A stretch of 58,400 nt of DNA, filler included, from Sluysia triapertura (Eukaryota): assembly GCA_046118255.1 (NCBI GenBank). It is 4 parts of 4 records of this genome, joined end to end, with 100 filler letters (N's around TTAATTAATTAA, not from the genome) between each part and the next. Parts side by side here need not be neighbours in the genome. Positions count along the whole stretch, not along the records: positions 47,645 to 58,400 come from JBJNIA010193858.1; 3 more parts are not named here. One strand, given 5' to 3'. Shown here one piece after another: positions 50,272-58,400 of this stretch (position 1 is its first letter; the number at the start of each line of letters is the position of its first letter). The position numbers and the translations under genes are program-made. Below the pieces are notes generated by a model, which searched no databases, had not been told where the DNA came from, and saw only the letters and a list, made by a program, of their open reading frames with translations.

Positions 50272-51457
50272 ATGATTTTACTAGAACGTTTCAGTCATTA
50301 TCTTTTACTTTTCTTATTAATAACGGTATTTATTCATAATATAGATTCAAAATTCAATACTTCGAACAATTATTCTAATGTTACACGAGAAAGTATTATG
50401 TCATTTATTTTCAAGGGTTATAATAATCATGAGAGACCATCTGAATCTAAACAAACTTTGGTAGTGGTTTACATGAAAGTGCTAGCTATAAATTCAGTAG
50501 ACGTGTTGAAGATGGAATATTCAACTGATGTTCTTTTGCGTCAAGAATGGGCTGATGAAAGATTAGCTTGGAATGAAACTATAGAATACAGTTCATATAA
50601 TAATAGTATAACATCACCATCATTGAAAAAGAAAGTTTGGCTTCCGGATTTATTTTTTCGAAATGGTAAAAAAGGTTTCGTACATACTATGACATTACCG
50701 AATTATCTAATGCGTCTTTCACCGAATGGAAATATTTTGTATAGTCAAAAAATTACAATGCGTTTCTCGTGTCAAATGAACTTATCCACATTTCCAATGG
50801 ATACGCAAGAATGTATAATGGACATTGGAAGTTATGGTTATACTTTAGATCAATTAAAATTCTTATGGCGTGCGGCGTCGCCTATTGTGATTGCAGATAA
50901 CTTGCAAATACCTGAGTTTAATCCCAGTACATCTCCAAAAACCACAGATTGTTCAGAGAAAGCGTCTACTCAAACTGGTAATTATACCTGCTTAAAGGTG
51001 AGCTTCCATTTAGAACGCCAACTTGGTTCTTATTTGGCTAGTACTTATATTCCAAATGTTTTAATTGTTATGGTATCATGGTTAAACTTTTGGGTCAGTA
51101 TTGAAGCCATACCAGCTCGTATTACATTAGGTTTACTGACTCTACTAGGTATATTGACTCAAGCTACTGGTATGAGTAGTTCATTGCCTAGAGTCAGTTA
51201 TATAAAAGCAATTGATATATGGATTATTGCTTGCATTATTTTTGTAATAGGTGCCCTCATAGAATTTGCAGTAGCTAGTATGATTGCAAGAAAACGAAAA
51301 AGTGAAGATTGGCAAAAACAAGTTAGGGATATTGTTCGACAGGAATTAGCAAGATGGTGCAGTTTGTGTCAGCAACAACAAACTCAAGATATGGGTGTGT
51401 CAGGATTAATAGATTATCATTCATCAGGACCCAATAATACTATGGTTGTCAATTCAG
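50272..51457 (+). CDS. Cys-loop ligand-gated chloride channel subunit (GluCl/GlyR-like), first coding exon: signal peptide, extracellular domain, M1-M3, start of the M3-M4 loop
   Basis: Signal peptide, WLPDLFF, Cys-loop CQMNLSTFPMDTQEC, second Cys pair in loop C, PAR anion-selectivity motif (AIPARITLG) and KAIDIW..EFA in M3. The splice donor CAG|GTGAGA is at 51457/51458. The M4 exon was not found in the window. Confidence 0.95.
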
Positions 51458-54259
51458 GTGAGATGTTTAATTATATAAAATTTTGTTTTGTAAATAGCAT
51501 TCGATAAATGAATTTAATAAACGCTTATGGTGTATTATTAAAGTATATTCTGAAACTTAATAGGGTGGTTAATATTTAGATATTTTTTAAAAAGATATAG
51601 TTAAACATGCAGGAAACTATTCTATTATTAATTTTAAATTATACAAGTTAAATAAAGAATCTGTAATTAGAGTAACCCTTAAATTGGTTTCTATTTTGTA
51701 GTATTTGTACTAATCATTCGCAAAAAGCATTTCTTTAAACAATACATACACGAAGTAAAGTTTTGTAAGGGTTTATCTTACGCGACTACAGTGATGAGTG
51801 ATGTAAAAAATGAGACTTTAATGACCCTCTACTACCGTGATCGAGGAACTTTTACTTCCAATACCCCAATATGATTTTAGTAATTTTGTCATTACCCCAC
51901 TTGGGGTCATTTGTCCCTGTTTCTCGACTACAGTACAATCGACTCCGCTGCTACATCTTGAATTAAATCAACATAGTTGTAACCGTTTTTAAGATTAAAG
52001 CAGGACTAAAGTACTAAATTATAAACTATTCTGCATTATACAGTTATACACTATGCAATGTAGTAATAATGTTTTTCTGTTAAGTTAAAACTTTTTTCAT
52101 TTTTGAAAATTATTTAAATTTTTTGTTCATCGTCATTATCCTCCAAAAATTTCATTTTTACCACATCTGGACTATATTTTTCTTAACCCATTAAGTATCT
52201 GTTTGTTTGTATTCAAAATCACGACTGAAAATACGACACCAAAAATAATTGAACAATTTCAAATATAACATACAAATATATAATATGCAAAATATTATTA
52301 TGCAGTATTATCGGTATTTCGAAAAAAAAATCGGTATACTGAATGGATTAAAACAAAATAACAAAAGTACTAAAAAATTTAATTATTAAAATATTTGGCT
52401 AAATAATAATGAATAAATAAATAGTTTTTAAACAATTTTAGATTATTTACAATGTAAACGATGGAGAAGCTAATGAATATTTAATAATTTAATGAATATC
52501 CTTATTTAACTTCGGTCTTTAATTTGTTCTTCTTTATGTCAATTTCTTTAATCTTTTCTCTATCCCAATTTACTTGCTTATTTATATATGATTTTAAATT
52601 TTTTAAAATTAATTTTTCTTATTTTAATTTAAATGGCTTTAAAATCTATTTCTGTTTTGTTATTTTCATTTTTTATTAAAAATATTTAATTAAGATTCAA
52701 TAATGTTTTATTAAATTAAATATTTTATCATTAACTGATAAATTTGTAAATAAATTAAATCGAATAAGAGAAATCGAAATGGCAAATTATAAAATTAAGG
52801 TAACATAAAAATACAAATTTCAATAAATTTAAATCATCTAAGTAATTTTAAAATAAATTATAGATAAATCTTTAAATATCTCAGTAACTTCAAAATAAAT
52901 AACTTAAAATGTCAAAATAAAACAGAAGAATATAAAGAAAGAAACCGACTTGAATATGCTACATTTAATTGGCAAGTGAAAAAGATTATATATAAGTCGG
53001 TTGATTCGGGAGAATATAAAATCTATGGTTTTGTTAAAATGGAAATGAAGAAATGACTACAAACAAGCACAAACTAACAAATAAACGATTAGCTAGAAAG
53101 TAAGTTTATATGAATGTATATGTATATGGCAAATAAATATTTTTGTAACTAAGTACTAAAAGAAGTTGACCACATAATAGAATAGCTATTATGTAATAGA
53201 ACTGAAAATTAATTGGCCATAATATATATGCGTAGTAAAAAATAGTATCCAGGAGTAAATTAGCCTCAAAAATGAATCTAAATAATATAAGATTTCGACA
53301 ATCTAAAAGTAACTCATCGGTTTATAATACTACGTAACCATTGAATTATTGTACTGATACTTTACTTAGACATGATATGATAGTGACTCATCGACTTATC
53401 GTACCAATCTGGTGTGCTGAAATATTATTTGAATATAGCTTAAATGCATCTTATCGATTTATTATACTGCGATATTTTTTAGAAAGTAACTAAATTATTG
53501 TAATTAAGTGTTAAATTATTAAAATAATTAATATACTATTTAACTCTAAAATCGCACCTGTTTCTTCGCAACAACCACACCATCTGTTGTAATCCCAGTT
53601 ATGTGATGTTTTAAATCCAATTCGAACTCTTTCAATTTTTGTTTAATTAGTTCTTATCAAAATTTAATTAAATTTTAAAATTTTAAATTAAATTTAATTA
53701 AAATTTAGATATTATTTAAATAGATATTAATTTAATGTTAAAATTTTATGACATATCTTTTTAAAAAGAATACTTTATATCGAATTTGACAATTCCTAAG
53801 TCTTATGATGAAAATTACTCACTATGAATAACACAAATAGCCATCACAGTAAATATAAATATATAATATAAAATTTATAATATCTTAAAATTACATTCGA
53901 TAAAAAATATTATAAATATAATTACAATAATTTGTTTAAAAAATAATTCGGAATAGATAGTTCTAATTTATTAATGTTTTTCTCTTAAAACAAGATTAGT
54001 AAGTTGAGACTGAGTTTAAGTTAAGTTAACAAAAATGTTGCATTTCTATCTCTAACAACAGAGACAAGTTAGAAAAACTAACGATATAATTGAGATTTAA
54101 GTCATTTGACAAATGTATGGCTTTTGCAAACTTTAAGAATGTCTGACATTAATGTTTATAGTTATAAAGTGAGCAAAACTTATTATATTTAACAAATTTC
54201 AAAGTTGTTATATCCAATTTCAATGTGTGTGTGTGTGTGTGTGTGTCAATGTCGTCATA

Positions 54260-54884
54260 CCGTGTTTCCCTGAAAATAAGACCTAGCGTGATGTTTCAAG
54301 ACCTAACCCTAAAATAAGCCCTGGTTCATATCCGATTAGGATATATATTAAAAGTCAGTGAATGGCTGCAGACGGCGTTCAATGTATTCTTTAACACAAT
54401 TAGCTTTAAATTACAATACTTTCATTGTCAAAGCATTCTGGTTCACTTTCTGACTGTGACTGACTATAACAAAATTCTTATTTACTTACAGACAATCCTC
54501 CAAGTACGATTTTATTAACAATTATCAAATCATTTCTCCTTTGTCGCACAATATTCATGAGAATGATTTTAAAAAATGAAAATTAATTTAAAAAAACTCC
54601 GCAGAAGCTTTGGAACCCAGTGACTTGCAAGACATTCTAGAGGACGACGATATGGTCATTCTTAAATGATTTATAGTTAATGGTTTTTAAACTTACAACG
54701 TGTTATTCATTAGTAAATGAAGAACAGTTTTCATGTTTTTTGTATATTCAGAAATTTCAATTCTCTACTTTGTAGCTTTGTTTCTCGATAGATGAAAATA
54801 TGACAGGCCCAAAAAGTAAGCCCTAGTGTCACATTTTGGAGTGAAAATTAATATAAGCTCTGTCTTATTTTCGGGGAAATATGG
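54260..54884. mobile_element. Non-autonomous Tc2/pogo-like DNA transposon (625 bp)
   Basis: TIRs CCGTGTTTCCCTGAAAATAAGAC and GTCTTATTTTCGGGGAAATATGG (20/23 match), flanked by a TA target-site duplication on both sides. No transposase ORF. Confidence 0.85.
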
Positions 54885-55467
54885 TAATATAACACGTTAA
54901 TATTTTACATTTGATCGTTTTTCATGAACGAGCTTGTCATGCTTTCAGAGCTATTTTTAATATTTTGATGCTTCAGATTGACTTTACATTAAAAAATTGA
55001 TGTGCATTATCATAAAGTCCTTCGAAGTATTTCTTGATAATCTGATTACGAAAATAGAGATAAATCTTTCTGCAATACTGGCCAAAAAAATGCAATAAAT
55101 ATAATATATTATAACAAAAATAAAACTAAAATACAGCATAATGTTAATAATCAGATATCACTTAGTACAATAGAATAATAAGTGTAGTAATTGGAAACAA
55201 AAAAGATGTTAAACAAGGAGAAATATTTAATTGTTTTATTACAAATACATTGTTTATGCACGTTAATTTGTGTGTCAGTATGATTAAATTTCATATTTCG
55301 TGAATTATGAACTTACATTAAAGACAAAAGTCGAATATTAAGTTTCGCGATTGGTATCTAAAACGAGAATTGAGTTTTATCTTCATATTTGGTCACGAAA
55401 GTAAGCATCATTGTTGAATCATCGCTGAAATTTAAGGGTTTTGACTTTGTCAGTCCTAAACTAACAA

Positions 55468-55527
<60 letters not shown>

Positions 55528-56711
55528 CGTAAAAAATAACATGAAGAGTTTTTCCGTATAATATTGTCTATCAGGTTTAAAATTTGCCATGGTTAATACA
55601 TAATATGGCCAATTTCAACATTTAATCAACGTGGCTATAATAAATGAAATTTTATTTTAAATTAATATTAAATTTACAATATGATACAGTTATTATAGAT
55701 ATTAATAATAAATATGTTGTAGTAATTAGTATAAATCAATATTCGTAAGGTGCTGCTAGATTCTTGAATTGTGCTGTCACTACTACAAATACACAAGCGA
55801 CGTCAGAAAACTATGCATTGGACATGATTATTACAATTTTGGACACGGGCTTAAAAAACTATTAATGCTTAGCTTACTAGTCGGTACGTACGGCAATGAA
55901 TTAAACAAATTTATTTTATTATTATGTCGGTGTGACGTCAAATTTTTCTTGTTATGAACACATTGAGGACGGATGACGTGAATTCAACTGTTTTTTTAGA
56001 ATTCATGTGTTCATAAATTTTTAATATTATATTATACTTAATAAATGTTACACTGTGTTTTGGAAATTATCACTTTTAGTTTATATGATTTCAACAAAAT
56101 ATGCGAGAATTCAGGCTCTGTTTTTCATCACATACCGTTTTCGATGTGTTGCGACAAGAAAAATTAATGATAATAAAATAATTAATTTGAAGATATTGTT
56201 GGAATACATAAATTTAAGATTATTTATTAAAATTTTAATGTTTGGTAATTTTCATTCACGTCATCTTAATTTATATGCGTATTTAAAAAATTTACAAAAT
56301 CAAACTTTATAACTTTATAATTTTAACTTATCTCTTGATCGATTTAGATTGAAGTGCAACAAATCTGAAGTCCTAGTTTAAAATCCCTTGAATTACTTAA
56401 TGAAGTTTGTATAAGAATTCAAATAAATATGCAGAACAAAACAGTAAGATGTATTTTCTTGTTGTATTTGTTATAAAATATGTGGAGTCCTTGAATTTAT
56501 ATTATAATAATCGATCCATAATTTGTATTGCTTGCAATCAAACAAGGAAATGTAAAATTTGCCTTTTATATGCAAAATTTTGCTATTTGTATAGTATTTT
56601 TTGCTCCTAACATCATTCTTCATTATATAATAATGTTCTATAATTAATTTCTATATTTGATTCTATTATAATTTACATACACTATGGTTGTATATCCAAT
56701 TTTCTCTATTA

Positions 56712-56779
<68 letters not shown>

Positions 56780-58400
56780 CATATTGGCTAAATATTTTCT
56801 TTATATTATAATTTTAATCATGCATTTTATTCATTTATATTTGCACAGTTGTTTGTGCTAATTAGTATTCATTTTTGTAACAGATTTTCCATGTTTTATT
56901 GACATCTACAATTAATTCATAGATAATTTCTCGTCTTCTCCCATAATGTTTGTTTTATAATTTCTCTTTTTTCTTCTTTAAAGATGCTAATTGATGTTTT
57001 TGGTGCTTATACAGATATTATCTTGAGTTGTTAAAGGTTTTCTGACAGTTCTTTAACTAATTCTAATGTTTTATGGATTTTTAATAATTTTAATATCATA
57101 CAATTTTCGTTATTATATTATAATTTTATAAAAATAACTTTATAACTTCTAACAGTACTTTTTAGTTCGTATTAATTAATAATTGGAATAATAAATTATA
57201 TTAATTGTTATTAACATTTATATTTACATTGATTTTTCTTTAACACGTTAAAATTTAAACTTTGTAAAATTATATGTTTACACGCAACGGCAAAATAAAT
57301 ATGCTTAAGTGGGTTTATTGTCAAAATCGAATTGTACGTTAATTAGATGTCAGGATAACTCAATAACAAATTAAATTAGTCTTAAATTTCACATTATACT
57401 CAAATCCAAGAATGGCACAACCTATCGAAAGTCAGTACCAGTATAAAGAAAATTAATCACAAAAAGAAAATATTAAAAAGATTAATCAATTGCTAAAATT
57501 AAAGCTCCAATCATATTGTTTGTTATTTTTATTTTGGAGCAGCTTTTCTACAGCTTTCTTCAACAGTTTAGTCTGCTATTTGTGAGTGAATAGAGCACTT
57601 AAGTAATTTGAAAAGTAGGTCATAATTATCGTAACATTCCTATAAAGTATATTGACATAGTCATAATATTATTCTAAAGAAATCACCGAAAACTCGTCAT
57701 TTTATGCTGACCAATCAGTTAAATTTTTATGTCATTTCTACAACCACAATCGTCGATCCAATTAGACCTTCACCAATTTTTGTATTCTGTATTATGTATA
57801 AGTAATAAGTGCTGCATGTTTAAAGCAAGCTTCTAAAATCTAGGTAAAATCTATTGTAAATATTTCAAGGTAATTTAATGTACCAATGAAATCCGAATAA
57901 AGCATTTGTATGTAATATTAAGTTTATTTAATGTTTTTTAATCGTTATATTTCTTCTTTTTTCTTTATTATATCGTATCTCACACTTTATTATTCAAAAA
58001 ATAAAAGAAATTTTGGTTTAAATTCAATTTTGTGATAATCTTTTAACAGTCACATGTTAAAATAGTGACTAAGTCACGATAACCTCATAGGACCATGAAG
58101 TTCAAAATTTATATTAAAATCGTTATTAAAATCCTATAGTTAAACCCGTATACCAAATTCTATTTTGAGTAAGTCTAAATTAAACTTAACTAAAACATTC
58201 GCAAATACTAAAATACGACCTCATAATTTTCTGTATTATTTCTTCTATAATAAATCTTATTTCTTCATGTTAATTTGTTGTGTCTTTTAATATTTTTATC
58301 TTCCCAAATTACTAAATCAAAACTCAATAATTAAATAAACTCAAAACCTCAGTATATTTGATATATTATCAAAACTACAATCAGATTATATAAATTATAA

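Noticed and set aside
51458-51507. C-terminus of ORF 50272-51507 (EMFNYIKFCFVNSIR)
   Set aside because: Intron read-through after a consensus splice donor; the channel needs an M4 exon that is not found here.

Overview
Very AT-rich eukaryotic (animal) genomic DNA. A flatworm or other lophotrochozoan source is my inference, from the GluCl-type channel and the very short introns. The window is four contigs (1-23393, 23494-35355, 35456-47544, 47645-58400) joined by artificial 100-nt spacers (44 N + TTAATTAATTAA + 44 N), so adjacency across spacers is not evidence of linkage. It is dominated by LTR retrotransposons, repeats and decayed gene fragments. Recognisable genes are a Cys-loop anion channel (GluCl-like, first large exon), an Mx/dynamin-like GTPase that appears truncated, and an acyl-CoA oxidase 3-like pseudogene. 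The most striking observation is a CsRn1-clade Ty3/gypsy element whose ORF1 carries a ubiquitin-like domain ending in LPGG fused directly upstream of the Gag capsid region, which suggests release of Gag by a host deubiquitinase. A second, unrelated LTR family (two copies, CCHC-type Gag) also seems to carry a ubiquitin-like domain, downstream of its nucleocapsid. Other notable items are a probable LTR with a perfect six-pentamer heat-shock element 20 bp upstream of its TATA box, a tRNA-Ala-like repeat family, and hierarchical in-frame tandem repeats. All homology calls are by-eye motif recognition, with no database searches run.
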